From the NCBI GenBank assembly GCA_963722445.1, contig CAVRMZ010000065.1:1-50152 (forward strand): 50,152 nt of DNA, written 5' to 3'. The notes beneath the pieces are model-generated. The model had not been told where the DNA came from and searched no databases. It worked only from the letters and a program-made list of their open reading frames with translations. Within the stretch, counting starts at the first letter, position 1, and each line of letters begins with the position of its first letter. Positions 27,561 through 37,931 of the stretch are shown here, one piece after another. This DNA comes from an uncultured Bacilli bacterium. GTDB taxonomy: Bacteria > Bacillota_I > Bacilli_A > RFN20 > CAG-826. A program made the translations under genes and the position numbers.

Positions 27561-28404
27561 TTTCAGTTTGGTCGTTCAGGGCGGAGGATCCCGCGGTTCT
27601 TATGCTGGTGGAGTCCTTGATACAATGATGCGAAACGAACTTTGGGCTTCCGAAGTTTATGGCACCAGCGCAGGCGCTCTTCTTGCTTGCAATTACATTA
27701 GTAAAGATTTGGAACGTTGCATCAAGATGATTTATGAGATGCCTAAAAACAAAAAGTTTGTTCGTCCCCTCAATTACTTTAAAGATGGTTCAATTTTTGA
27801 CTTTCGCTTTCTCTTTGAAGAACTTCCCAAAAAAGAGTTGCCATTTAATGCTGAAGAATTTAAACAAAATCCCTGCAAGTTCTATGTTGTTGCCACCAAT
27901 TGCCTGACCGGAGAAGCGGCTTATTTCTCCAAAGACGATTCCGAATTCTGGCAGGCTCTAGAGGCTTCGGCATCACTTCCGCTTGTGAGCAAACCCGTCT
28001 TTGTTCATGATATTCCCTATCTTGATGGCGGGACAGCTTGTCCCATTGCTTTTGAACGGCCAATAAAGGAAGGCAAAGAAAAAATCGTTGTGATTTCCAC
28101 TAGGACGAAAGGCTATCGGAAACGGCCCTTAAGCAAAATCGAACATCACCTTGCCAAACGTTTGTATAAAGCCTATCCCAAGTGGCTGGTGTCTTATGAG
28201 AAAAGCGTGACCACTTATAACACGTTGATGGACAAAATGGATTCATTGGCAGACCAAGGGCGAATTTTCGTCCTTTATCCTTCGGTTCCTCCAAAAATCG
28301 GACATGCGGAAAAAAGAAAGAAAAAGCTCGAAAAAATCGTTAATCTCGGGGTTAAAGACGCCCTTTCGTCTTTGCCGGCCTTAAAAGCTTATCTATCAAA
28401 GTGA
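27553..28404 (+). CDS. Patatin-like phospholipase
   Basis: GGGSRG, GTSAG (nucleophile) and DGG motifs. Confidence 0.9.
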   Translation: MSNFSLVVQGGGSRGSYAGGVLDTMMRNELWASEVYGTSAGALLACNYISKDLERCIKMIYEMPKNKKFVRPLNYFKDGSIFDFRFLFEELPKKELPFNAEEFKQNPCKFYVVATNCLTGEAAYFSKDDSEFWQALEASASLPLVSKPVFVHDIPYLDGGTACPIAFERPIKEGKEKIVVISTRTKGYRKRPLSKIEHHLAKRLYKAYPKWLVSYEKSVTTYNTLMDKMDSLADQGRIFVLYPSVPPKIGHAEKRKKKLEKIVNLGVKDALSSLPALKAYLSK

Positions 28405-28428
28405 TACTTTGATAAGATATAAAGGCCA

Positions 28429-29451
28429 ATGAACAAAAACGATATCAAAAGTCAAAGGTCGGAACGAGGCTTAATTGATCCCGAGAAGACCAAAACATTT
28501 CTCGTCTATCACGAAACCGATCTTTTGGCATTTTTGCGTGAGAAAATTCCAAGTCAAAGCCAGCATAACATTCGTCATATTATCGCCAATCATCAAGTAG
28601 CTGTCGGAGGTGCGCCCGTATCCCTTTTTACCTTCAAACTTTATCCTGAAGATGAAGTTACGGTTTCTTGGAATCGCATTGCTAAGCACGAACGGCACGA
28701 TCTCCCGATTATTTATGAAGATGACGACATTATTGCCATAAACAAGCCCTCAGGTCTTTTAAGCACTCCCAGCGAGCGGGAGAAAGGGCACACCGCTCTT
28801 CGCTTAATTACAGATTATGTTACGCAGAAAGATCGTAACGGTCGTATCTTTGTTATCCATCGTTTGGATGAAGACACCTCTGGGGTTCTTATCTTTGCCA
28901 AAAATTGGGAAATTCGCGAAGCCCTGCAAAACGATTGGGCCGATGTCGTTACCAACCGGGGTTATTACGCCATCGTCGAAGGAACCGACATTCCCGAAGA
29001 AGGAACCCTTAAAGACTATTTGGCTCAGGACAGCACCTTTCAAGTCTACGTTTGCAAAAATCCTAGCAAAGGCAAATTGGCCATTACCCATTACAAGAAA
29101 ATCGCGGCCCGGAACGGTCTCGCTCTTTTGGATGTTCATATTGATTCCGGACGCAAAAACCAGATTCGGGTTCAGCTCGGGAACATTGGGCATTATGTGA
29201 TTGGAGATGACCGCTATGGCGAGCCTTCGAATCCTCTTCACCGATTAGGCTTGCATGCTTACGAATTGGATTTTACGAATCCTCTTAATAAAAAAGAGTA
29301 CAAAATTAGCGCTCCGATGCCGGAAGAATTCGGGCGCCTTTTTGGAATCACCGAGGGTGTTGAAAAGAAAGAAGCTCCTCAAAAAATAGAGATTGGCGAT
29401 TCCAAGAAGTCACGTTATTATCAAGACCAGAAACATGATTACAAAAAGTAA
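28429..29451 (+). CDS. RluA/RluD-family pseudouridine synthase with an S4-like domain
   Basis: INKPSGLL, HRLDEDTSG, SGRKNQIRV and LGLHAY motifs. Confidence 0.92.
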   Translation: MNKNDIKSQRSERGLIDPEKTKTFLVYHETDLLAFLREKIPSQSQHNIRHIIANHQVAVGGAPVSLFTFKLYPEDEVTVSWNRIAKHERHDLPIIYEDDDIIAINKPSGLLSTPSEREKGHTALRLITDYVTQKDRNGRIFVIHRLDEDTSGVLIFAKNWEIREALQNDWADVVTNRGYYAIVEGTDIPEEGTLKDYLAQDSTFQVYVCKNPSKGKLAITHYKKIAARNGLALLDVHIDSGRKNQIRVQLGNIGHYVIGDDRYGEPSNPLHRLGLHAYELDFTNPLNKKEYKISAPMPEEFGRLFGITEGVEKKEAPQKIEIGDSKKSRYYQDQKHDYKK

Positions 29452-31036
29452 TTTAAAACCTTGGTTGCAGGATCTTCTGACTTCTTTTATTAATGTTTTG
29501 CCGATTGTAGCGGTGGTACTTGTTCTTTATTTTTCTGGGCAGGATTCAGATTTTTGTCTTGCTCGTGACCTTAGCGAGAACGGCTATCCCAATGAGTTGT
29601 TTTCCTTTTTGATTTGCTCTTTGATTGTGGCACTTGGCCTTGGCCTTTTCTCCATTGGGGTTGATCAGTCTTTATGCCATATCGGAAATATCATTGGCGG
29701 TCATTTGACGAAAAAGCAGAACATGTGGCTTTTTGTTATTCTTACCTTTTTCATTGGATGCCTTATTACAGTCGCTGAGCCTGATCTTGTGATTTTGGCC
29801 AGCGAAACCGGCATGAATCAAATCGTTCTTATTCTAACTATTTCGATTGGGGTGGGACTTTTCTTGGTGTTGGGGACGTTGAGAATTATTTTCCAGGTGG
29901 ATTTGAGATTGGTTTTCTTGGCGGTTTACGGTCTTGCCTTCATTATCACTAATTTGGCCGCCCCAGAGCTGATTCCGTTAGCTTTTGACGCTGGAGGCGT
30001 GGCGACTGGGCCAGTTACGATTCCTTTTATCTTAGCTTTCGGGGCCGGCGTCGCGGCCTCTCGGGAAGGCTCGCATTCCGGATCGGATGATTTCGGCCTT
30101 TCGGCTCTTGCCACCGTAGGTCCGATTATCGCCATTCTTATGCTGGCGATTTTTTATTCGAGTTCCAAAGTCTCTTATACAGTGCCCTCCATTGCTCTCA
30201 AACTTGACCCAACCTTATATAGCGATAGTTTTAAATCCTCGCTTTGGAATGTTTTCTTGGGGATTGGCCCCCTTGCTTTGTTTTTCCTGATTTATGATTT
30301 GATTTTCTTGCATCTAGGGAAGAAAGATCTTCTTAAGATATTGGTCGGACTGATTTATTGCTACTTTGGCCTTGTTCTTTTTCTCGGAGCCGTGCAGGTT
30401 GGTTTTACCTCCGTCGCCCAAAGCATCGGGAATTCGTTAGGGAGTTCAAATGGCCTTCCTTTGGCCACTCTTATCGGAGCAATTTTTGGCTGTTTTGCCG
30501 TTTTGGCGGAGCCGGCGGTTGGAGTTCTCGTGACTCAAATCCAGACAGTTTCTGAAGGGACGATCAAGAAGGGCGGCTTCTTGGCCATCAACGCTCTCTC
30601 GATCGCCGTGGCAGTGGCCTTGTCGGTGATTAGGGCCTATTATCAGTTTTCCATCATGTGGTATTTCGTTCCTGGTTATATCTTGGCCCTTGGTCTTATG
30701 TTCGTGATTCCTAAAATATATTCTTCGATTGCTTTCGATGCCGGCACCGTGGCCTCAGGGCCGATGGCCACCTCTTTTACGATGCCTTTTATCATCGGTT
30801 TCGCTTGCGCCTATTATCAGTCCGTTGGTATAACGGGGAACGCTTTGACTACCGCAGTGTATGAAGACGCTTTCGGCGTCGTCAGCATGATTTCTCTTAT
30901 GCCTTTAATCGTCGTGCAGTTGGCGGGTCTTTATGCTGGGGTCAAAAGAGACGCCATCTATTCCAAAGCCCGCAAGAGAATCTTGGAACCAGATGACGAT
31001 CAGATCATTCATTTCAAAGAGGAGAGCGCTCAATGA
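29435..31036 (+). CDS. DUF1538-family membrane protein with two fused repeats
   Basis: Repeated AEP motif (VAEPDL / LAEPAV) and repeated AFDAGGVATGP / AFDAGTVASGP motifs; many TM helices. Confidence 0.85.
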   Translation: MITKSNLKPWLQDLLTSFINVLPIVAVVLVLYFSGQDSDFCLARDLSENGYPNELFSFLICSLIVALGLGLFSIGVDQSLCHIGNIIGGHLTKKQNMWLFVILTFFIGCLITVAEPDLVILASETGMNQIVLILTISIGVGLFLVLGTLRIIFQVDLRLVFLAVYGLAFIITNLAAPELIPLAFDAGGVATGPVTIPFILAFGAGVAASREGSHSGSDDFGLSALATVGPIIAILMLAIFYSSSKVSYTVPSIALKLDPTLYSDSFKSSLWNVFLGIGPLALFFLIYDLIFLHLGKKDLLKILVGLIYCYFGLVLFLGAVQVGFTSVAQSIGNSLGSSNGLPLATLIGAIFGCFAVLAEPAVGVLVTQIQTVSEGTIKKGGFLAINALSIAVAVALSVIRAYYQFSIMWYFVPGYILALGLMFVIPKIYSSIAFDAGTVASGPMATSFTMPFIIGFACAYYQSVGITGNALTTAVYEDAFGVVSMISLMPLIVVQLAGLYAGVKRDAIYSKARKRILEPDDDQIIHFKEESAQ

Positions 31037-31878
31037 AAGACCCTTTGCTTAAACTTCCGGAATTAAAACGGGGGGAGAGGCTTTTGCTTTCATCCAAGAA
31101 AAAAGATGAGAAAGAGCCTCTTCCTTACGAAGAGACCCACGCTCTTGAACGTCTCTATTTCCTTATGACGATAATCCCTAACGGTCAGGCCAGCGCCATT
31201 GTCGATCTTATCCTGCAAGTCGATGCGGCGGCGTGCTTCGTGTGTCATGGCAAAGGAACGGCCACGAAGGATATTTATGAGGTTTTAGGATTAGGGGAGA
31301 ATCATAAACAGATTGTTCTGTCTCTTATAAAAGAGGCTAATTGGACTAAACTAAGAGGGCTGTTTGTTACGCGGTTCGCCATCAGCGATTGGAGCAGGGG
31401 AGTAGCTTGCGTCATCAAAATCGATTCCCTGTGCGGAGTGAGCGCCTACAAAATGCTGACTAACAACAGGGGCCTAAAAGAGGAGGGAGTAGCGCCTATG
31501 GTTAACGATCAAATCCAAAAGAAAGGCGATTACGAGGTCGTGATGGTGATTGTGAATGATGGCTACACCGATCTCGTCATGGACGCCGCTAGGAAAGCCG
31601 GAGCCAAAGGAGGAACCATCATCACCGCTCGGGGGACTGGCAATAAAGATATCGAAAAATTCTTTGGCGTGGTGATTACCCCCGAGAAGCAGGTGGTGGT
31701 GATTCTCGTCCCGAAGAAAATTAAGGACGATGTCATCGAAGGAATTTACAAAGAAGCCGGAATCAACACCAAAGGCCAAGGAATTGCCTTCGCGATGCCA
31801 GCTTCCGATGTCGTTGGCATCGTTGAAGATGTTCCCGAAACCGATTCGCCCATAGAAACTCCGACTGAAGAAAAATAG
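31033..31878 (+). CDS. Tandem P-II-like protein (two P-II domains)
   Basis: Domain 1 has CHGKGTA..KQIVLSL..GVACVIKIDSLCG. Domain 2 has GAKGGTIITARGTG..EKQVVVI..GIAFAMPASDVVG. ATGA overlap with the DUF1538 gene. Confidence 0.85.
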   Translation: MKDPLLKLPELKRGERLLLSSKKKDEKEPLPYEETHALERLYFLMTIIPNGQASAIVDLILQVDAAACFVCHGKGTATKDIYEVLGLGENHKQIVLSLIKEANWTKLRGLFVTRFAISDWSRGVACVIKIDSLCGVSAYKMLTNNRGLKEEGVAPMVNDQIQKKGDYEVVMVIVNDGYTDLVMDAARKAGAKGGTIITARGTGNKDIEKFFGVVITPEKQVVVILVPKKIKDDVIEGIYKEAGINTKGQGIAFAMPASDVVGIVEDVPETDSPIETPTEEK

Positions 31879-31890
31879 AAGCGGAACCTT

Positions 31891-34800
31891 ATGGGAAATA
31901 ATAATTCCGTAACCTTAGGCGAATTAAGGCAAAAAAAGCCTACTTTTTCCGAATGGTCCCATAAACATCTTTCGTGGCTTTTTGATAGTTTTAGTCTTTT
32001 CTATTTCTTTGTTTTTATTTTTATTTTGGGTTTGGCCTGGATGGGTTATTCCCTTATCGTCAACTATGGAACCCAACTTTATGGTTGGGATTATCAAAGC
32101 CAATATGTGACCCTTGCTTATAATTTTTGGGACACATGGCGTAATTTCTTCAAAACCGGAGTTTTTCAGCTGTACGGGACTGCCACCTATCTAGGGACGG
32201 ATAATATCGGATCTAATTCCTATTATGGCCTCTTTGACCCATTTCTTTTTGTTTGTTATGTCTTCCCACGAAGCTGGGTTCCCCAGACTTTTGCTTTAGC
32301 GACCGTTTTCAAGGGCGTGGCCGGGGCAGCGGCCATGCGTGGATATCTTAAATACCTTGGCGTTTCTGAAAAATCATCGCGATTAGGCGGCGTCGCTTTT
32401 GCTTTCTCAGGTTATGTGACCTTCATGGAAGGATTCCCTTCCTTTGTTTCCATGGCTTTTTGTATTCCGCTAGTGATGCTCGGCATTGATAGGGTTCTCA
32501 AGGAAAGAAAGCCGGCCGCACTCGTCTTCGGCCTCTTTTTGCTTGGGATGATTTCTTTCTTTTTCCTTGTGGTCGTTTGCATTTGGGGCGTTCTTTATGC
32601 TCTTTGGCGCTATTTTTGGACCATTAAAACTCGGAATTCAAAAGAGAATATCTCTGCAATATTCGTTGGGATATTTGCTTTTGCTGTTGGAATCCTGATG
32701 GCAGGATGGACTCTTTTCCCCTCTTTGCGCGAATCTTCGTTATCCGGCCGAACCGTTTCAATCGGCTCCGCTTATCTCTCCTCTTTGAAAAACGCTTTTC
32801 TCAGCCAAGATTTTAGGACCGTCTTTGTTCGCCTCTTTGAAATGGTTGGCGACAACCCTGGCCGTGAGATGCAGGGCCTTGTGAGTTTCTTTTATCCCAC
32901 TTGCAACTATCTTTTCCTGCCTTTGTATAAAGTTTCTTCGGGCTACGCTTACGATTCGTGGACCGCTTCGTTATTTTGCTACACTCCGATTATTATTCTT
33001 TTTTTTATCGGCCTTGTAAGTTCCGTTCGCCGTAAAGAATGGTCGCATTTAATTGCGTTTGCCTTATGCGCTTATCTCGTTTTCACCGATTTTGCTTATT
33101 TCTTTTTCTATGCTTTCTCCGGTGATGGTTACGGACGCTGGTACATTGTCCTTGTTCCTTTAATTATTTATTTCGCTTGTCAAGAATTTGATCGCCTTGA
33201 TAAAGAAAAGAAAGAAACGATTTTAACTGGCGTTTTAAGTGCTCTTGCCCTGACGATATTAACTTGGGTTTTGTGTGTTACCTGCATATCGGGGAAAGAT
33301 TTTACTATTTTGGAAGAAGGCGCTTATTTTAAGGAAACTTATATCGCTCCGGCTTCTTTCGTGGTCGATGGGATCGCTCATTCTCTTTTGTGGGAGGTTT
33401 ACTACGAGATGGGTTTAGACGTCGCCGTAAGCGTTGTCATTATTTTTTTCCGTCACAAAGACTGGTTGTGGAAGGCCTTGATTGGGTTTGTGGCGGTGGA
33501 AACTATCGTGGCTGGTAACCTCAGTTTCGTCTATGGAAGTATTTACTCTTATGACGCATCCTATAACGGCGGTTCGAAATTCTCTTCTGAAGCCACCGAA
33601 GTTTGGGATAATATTGATTCATTTGATGGTGACACCTATTACCGGGCTTATATGGATGGTCTTCCGGAATCCAACAGCCAAGAGGCTTTTGGCTATAACG
33701 GAACGAGTTGCTTCCATTCGCTATTCAATTACGATTTGGCGCAGCTTACGCGCTACAGCCATATGGCCCTAGCCGAAGGTACCGGAACGAAATATGGATC
33801 GACTTATTACACTAAGAGTTGGTCGGGCTATTATGGCAATAAACGTTTTGCCTTTGACACCGCTCTTTCGATGAAATATTACGCGATCGAGAACGAAGGG
33901 TATGGGAATTGCGAGGCTATTTACTCTAATGCCGATAACGTCCCCTTTGGTTCAACTCTCGTTTACGGGGATGGCACAACGCCCTTCCGCGTTTATCAAA
34001 ATCCTTATGTCACCGAGACTAAAGGCGGGGTTGCCTTTGGCCACGCCGTCGATCATCTCTACAAGAACAAAAACAGCGCCCTTAGCACATACGCTTCTCC
34101 GAATATCGATGATTTCTTCTCCAATGGCGGTAGCTCCTTGGAGCTTATTCGCAACGAGGAAACCTATCTTGATGGGGCTATCATTAACGTCGACAACGGC
34201 GATGCTGCGAAAATTGAAAAAGAAGGTTTGGACATTTCTTTTGAAACGGCCGTTCCGACCTATTCCTCCATTAAGCTTTCCTTCATGGATTATTCCTCTA
34301 TGGTTTATTCGAATACGTATGATTGGTGGGGACCGTTAACGAGCAATGGGCACGCCGGCCCAACTTATTTCCTAACCGACGCCGCCACAACTAAAGCCGA
34401 ACCTGGCGGTACCTATAACGCCGATACCGACAAATTCGTCTTAACGCCCAAAAATGGTGAGGCGTATTTCAATACCGACAATACCGGGGCTTATTTCTTA
34501 ATGAAGTATTCTTCTTCGGTCAAAAACCGAGTTTGCTTCGTGGGTGATACCTTCAATGCCGATGGGACGGTTGCTGCAAGCAACAAGCTCTTGTCTTATG
34601 AATATCATTCCATCGCTTCTTATCAGAATCATTTGGTTGGTTCGGGCGGCGATCTCTTTGGCTTTTACCCCGAAGGTCGCGTCAAATACATTTTCTTCTG
34701 CCCTAAGAACAGCGACGTGAGTCCTTCTACGTTTACCTATTATCCAACCATCTATATGTGCGAACGTTCCGCCATTGAGGATGAGATGGCCAAGCTTTCC

Positions 34801-35223
34801 GGCAGCGATTACAGTCTTTCCGATGCCAAATATTCCACCGATCGCCTCACCTTCGACAGCGATTTTTCGAAAAAACGGCTTGTTGTCACTTCCTTAGGCT
34901 ATGATGCCGGATGGAAAGTCACAGCCACCGATGCCGCCGGAAATGTAACGTACCCCAGTGTTTATAACCTTGACGGTGGCTTCGTCGGATTCGTGGCTCC
35001 TGAAGGCTCTACCACCTATGTCATGGCTTATGAGGCGCCATATCTTAAAGTCGGAGTGGTTGCGGCTATTGTGAGTTTTGCTGCTTTTGCTCTTTATGAA
35101 GGATTGTATTTCTTCCGAAGCATCCGCAAAGAAGAAACCATGCTCAGCGTGGAAGGGAGCGATGGCAAGCCCAAGAAGAAAAAAGAGGAGACAAACCCCT
35201 CCGAACACAAAACTACTTCTTGA
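31891..35223 (+). CDS. YfhO-family membrane protein (GT-C-type cell-surface polymer glycosyltransferase)
   Basis: D..SQY motif, GTDNIGSNSYY.LFDPF, multiple TMs, and C-terminal SLGYDAGWKV..GFVG..Y..PYLKVG. Confidence 0.8.
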   Translation: MGNNNSVTLGELRQKKPTFSEWSHKHLSWLFDSFSLFYFFVFIFILGLAWMGYSLIVNYGTQLYGWDYQSQYVTLAYNFWDTWRNFFKTGVFQLYGTATYLGTDNIGSNSYYGLFDPFLFVCYVFPRSWVPQTFALATVFKGVAGAAAMRGYLKYLGVSEKSSRLGGVAFAFSGYVTFMEGFPSFVSMAFCIPLVMLGIDRVLKERKPAALVFGLFLLGMISFFFLVVVCIWGVLYALWRYFWTIKTRNSKENISAIFVGIFAFAVGILMAGWTLFPSLRESSLSGRTVSIGSAYLSSLKNAFLSQDFRTVFVRLFEMVGDNPGREMQGLVSFFYPTCNYLFLPLYKVSSGYAYDSWTASLFCYTPIIILFFIGLVSSVRRKEWSHLIAFALCAYLVFTDFAYFFFYAFSGDGYGRWYIVLVPLIIYFACQEFDRLDKEKKETILTGVLSALALTILTWVLCVTCISGKDFTILEEGAYFKETYIAPASFVVDGIAHSLLWEVYYEMGLDVAVSVVIIFFRHKDWLWKALIGFVAVETIVAGNLSFVYGSIYSYDASYNGGSKFSSEATEVWDNIDSFDGDTYYRAYMDGLPESNSQEAFGYNGTSCFHSLFNYDLAQLTRYSHMALAEGTGTKYGSTYYTKSWSGYYGNKRFAFDTALSMKYYAIENEGYGNCEAIYSNADNVPFGSTLVYGDGTTPFRVYQNPYVTETKGGVAFGHAVDHLYKNKNSALSTYASPNIDDFFSNGGSSLELIRNEETYLDGAIINVDNGDAAKIEKEGLDISFETAVPTYSSIKLSFMDYSSMVYSNTYDWWGPLTSNGHAGPTYFLTDAATTKAEPGGTYNADTDKFVLTPKNGEAYFNTDNTGAYFLMKYSSSVKNRVCFVGDTFNADGTVAASNKLLSYEYHSIASYQNHLVGSGGDLFGFYPEGRVKYIFFCPKNSDVSPSTFTYYPTIYMCERSAIEDEMAKLSGSDYSLSDAKYSTDRLTFDSDFSKKRLVVTSLGYDAGWKVTATDAAGNVTYPSVYNLDGGFVGFVAPEGSTTYVMAYEAPYLKVGVVAAIVSFAAFALYEGLYFFRSIRKEETMLSVEGSDGKPKKKKEETNPSEHKTTS

Positions 35224-36079
35224 TGTGCTTTAGATAAACATCATAAACGCGGTTCTTCGGAATCGCGTTTTCTTTGCTGACCGCGGCGATGGCCTCTTTG
35301 GAAGAAAGGGATTTAACTTTTTCTTTTAAAAGTGAAACGATGGTTTCATCGCTCAGTTCAACCGCTTTAGTAACTTGCCCCCCGACAACGATGACGATTT
35401 CTCCGATAAGAGTCGCGGGATCAAGGTCCGCCAATTCGCCTAAGGTTCCCCGAATATATTCCTCATGGGTTTTGGTTAATTCGCGGCAGAGGCAAGCTGT
35501 TCTTTCGCTTCCGAAAGCTCCCAACAGATCTTTAAGGGTAGCCCCGATCCGATGAGGCGCTTCATAAAAAATGATGGTGTTCCCAAAATCTTTTAATGAA
35601 GCCAGTTCTTTCTTGCGAGCGGAAGGCTTGCTGTCCAAGAAACCATAGAAATAGAAGTGATCGGTTTTTAATCCGGAGCCGACGAGAGCGCATAGCGAAG
35701 CGCTGGGCCCATTAAGAACCGCGACTTTAAACCCTTCTTTAATGCAGCGGGAGGCGAGCCGTTCCCCCGGATCGGAAACCGAAGGATAACCGGCATCGGA
35801 CATATACGCAATTTTTTTGCCTTCTTTTAATAAAGAGACAATCTTGTCCGATGCGGTTTCTTCGTTATGCTCATGGCAGCTGATCAAAGGCTTGTCGATC
35901 CCAAAGTGAAGCAAAAGAAGACCCGAATTGCGGGTATCTTCGCAAGCGATGAAGTCCATCGTCTTGAGGGTTTCGACCTCGCGCGGAGTCATTTCCCCCA
36001 GATTTCCGATGGGCGTGCATGCCAAATAAAGAAGCGGTGTTTTTCCTTCGTAATTCAACTCGCGGACAATCATTTTCAA
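35213..36079 (-). CDS. rsmI: 16S rRNA C1402 2'-O-methyltransferase
   Basis: TPIGNL, ACEDTR, SDAGYPSVSDPG, YEAPHR and RELTK motifs. The ATG at 36073 is the likely start. Confidence 0.95.
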   Translation of the reverse strand: MKMIVRELNYEGKTPLLYLACTPIGNLGEMTPREVETLKTMDFIACEDTRNSGLLLLHFGIDKPLISCHEHNEETASDKIVSLLKEGKKIAYMSDAGYPSVSDPGERLASRCIKEGFKVAVLNGPSASLCALVGSGLKTDHFYFYGFLDSKPSARKKELASLKDFGNTIIFYEAPHRIGATLKDLLGAFGSERTACLCRELTKTHEEYIRGTLGELADLDPATLIGEIVIVVGGQVTKAVELSDETIVSLLKEKVKSLSSKEAIAAVSKENAIPKNRVYDVYLKHIKK

Positions 36080-36951
36080 ACGGCCTTTGGAGCGGGGGTT
36101 AAAGCGGAGGCAACGCCAACCGCGTTTTTTGCCATCGCGTTATAGTCCTCGAGAGTCACGAATTTCGTATCGGAAGGGTTTGAAAGCTTTACGGAACGGG
36201 AAAGAATGTTATAACCATCGACGGTATAATCCAACCCGCCGTCATGAACCACGGAACCGATCCGCGGGAAGTCTTTTTTGGCTTCGGTATAAACGTCGTC
36301 TTCATAAAGAAGGCAGCAAATGAGCTTTCCGCATTGGCCCGAGAGCTTTGGAATATTCAAAGTGAGCATTTGATTTTTAGCGCGCGAAATCGAGATTCCA
36401 TCAAATTGGTTAAGAAAGGTAGAGCAGCAAAGCGTTAATCCGCAAATGCCGATCCCGCCAATCATTTTTGCCTTATCCCGCGGCGCTAATTGGTGAAGTT
36501 CGATCCGGCATTTAAGCTGAGGAGCCAAGACCCTCAGGAGTTCCCGAAAATCCACCCGGTTTTCAGAGGTGTAGGTGATGGTTACCTTCGATCCATCAAG
36601 CGTGTAGTTGGCATCTAAAAGCCGCATTGGGAGATTGAGGTTATTCACTTCTTTTTGAGTGATTTCCAAAGCCATTTTGGCTTCGCGTTTGCCAAGGTTA
36701 TAGTCTTCCATGTCTTCGGCCGTTGGCTTCCTCATGACGGGTTTGAGCTCAAGCTGAGACGTATAGGCAGAAGTGCTTCGCGGCGAGGAGGTGACGGTTC
36801 CGATTTCGTAGCCTGCAATCGTTTCGACCACGGCTAAATCCCCAATTTTGAGATCGTCCGTTTGCAAGCCGAAATAGTAGGATTTTCCTGATCCGGCAAA
36901 GCGGATACCAACGAAATACGGATAAGGCTGAATGGTATTAAGATCTGTCAT
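36076..36951 (-). CDS. ricT: PSP1-domain protein RicT/YaaT
   Basis: RVDFRELL, GGIGICG..CC, KLSGQCGKLICCL motifs; conserved position after holB. Confidence 0.92.
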   Translation of the reverse strand: MTDLNTIQPYPYFVGIRFAGSGKSYYFGLQTDDLKIGDLAVVETIAGYEIGTVTSSPRSTSAYTSQLELKPVMRKPTAEDMEDYNLGKREAKMALEITQKEVNNLNLPMRLLDANYTLDGSKVTITYTSENRVDFRELLRVLAPQLKCRIELHQLAPRDKAKMIGGIGICGLTLCCSTFLNQFDGISISRAKNQMLTLNIPKLSGQCGKLICCLLYEDDVYTEAKKDFPRIGSVVHDGGLDYTVDGYNILSRSVKLSNPSDTKFVTLEDYNAMAKNAVGVASALTPAPKAV

Positions 36952-37931
36952 AAGTTGCTCCTTGCGATGGCGTGTATTAGGTGCTCAAGTAAAAGGGAAA
37001 TGCTGATATTGAGATCCAATTGGTTCCTGACCTTCATGATTTCAAGGAGGCTTTCCTCAAGATGCGGAAGATTGTTTGCCAATGGCTCAATCAGTTTAGC
37101 ATAGGAGACCAAGACGATACGTTGTTTTTCCTTTTGAGCGATAGCGTCTTTGAAGGCAAGCGAAAGCATGTCGAGAAAATAACGGGCGTCTTCCTTTGAA
37201 GACAAAGAAGGGATAATCTCATTTTCAAAAGCGAAGATTGCTTCAGAGGAAGAGCCGTTTAAAGCTTGGAGGGCCACTTCGAAAGAGGCCTTAGCGTCTT
37301 TATAATCGGATTGCTTGGCTTCTTTGGCGAGCAGAACCCCGCTGTTGCAGAAATAGGAGAGGAGTTCGGCATCCTCCTCAGCCACGCCTTCGGCTTTGGC
37401 TTCGGCGATAACCTCCTCGCGGGGGGCCAGCACCATGCGGATGGTTTCGCAGCGCGAGACAATCGTCGGCAAAACCCTGGCCTCGTTTGCCGTCGTTAGA
37501 ATCGCATAGGTATTTTTTGTGGGCTCCTCGAGAAACTTCAATAAAGAATTAATGGCTTCGGGCGTCATGTTTTCGACCAAATGAATGATGTAGATCATGA
37601 TGCCTTTGCTTTCCAAAGGCGTCCGCGTGAAATTGCCAACGACATCCTGGACATCATCTTTTTTAATCGTTCCGCCCTCGCCATCCAAAATCAAAAAATC
37701 GGCATAATTTCCATGTTCGAGCCTTAAGCATGTGCGGCACTCTTCACAAGCCAGGGGGTTAGGTTTGTCGCACAAAAGGGATTGGGCCAAGAAAAGGGCC
37801 GTCTCTTTTAAAGGAACGCCGGCTTCCCCGCTTAGCAAATAAGCGTGGGAGACCCGTTTCGTCGCTGCCGCGTTCGCGAAGGTTCGGTAAACGAGAGGCT
37901 GGTTTTTTTCGAGATATTCGCCAAATTTCAT
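36948..37931 (-). CDS. holB: DNA polymerase III delta' subunit
   Basis: HAYLLSG, ACEECRTC, NSLLKFLEEP and LPTIVSRC motifs; follows tmk. Confidence 0.9.
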   Translation of the reverse strand: MKFGEYLEKNQPLVYRTFANAAATKRVSHAYLLSGEAGVPLKETALFLAQSLLCDKPNPLACEECRTCLRLEHGNYADFLILDGEGGTIKKDDVQDVVGNFTRTPLESKGIMIYIIHLVENMTPEAINSLLKFLEEPTKNTYAILTTANEARVLPTIVSRCETIRMVLAPREEVIAEAKAEGVAEEDAELLSYFCNSGVLLAKEAKQSDYKDAKASFEVALQALNGSSSEAIFAFENEIIPSLSSKEDARYFLDMLSLAFKDAIAQKEKQRIVLVSYAKLIEPLANNLPHLEESLLEIMKVRNQLDLNISISLLLEHLIHAIARSNL

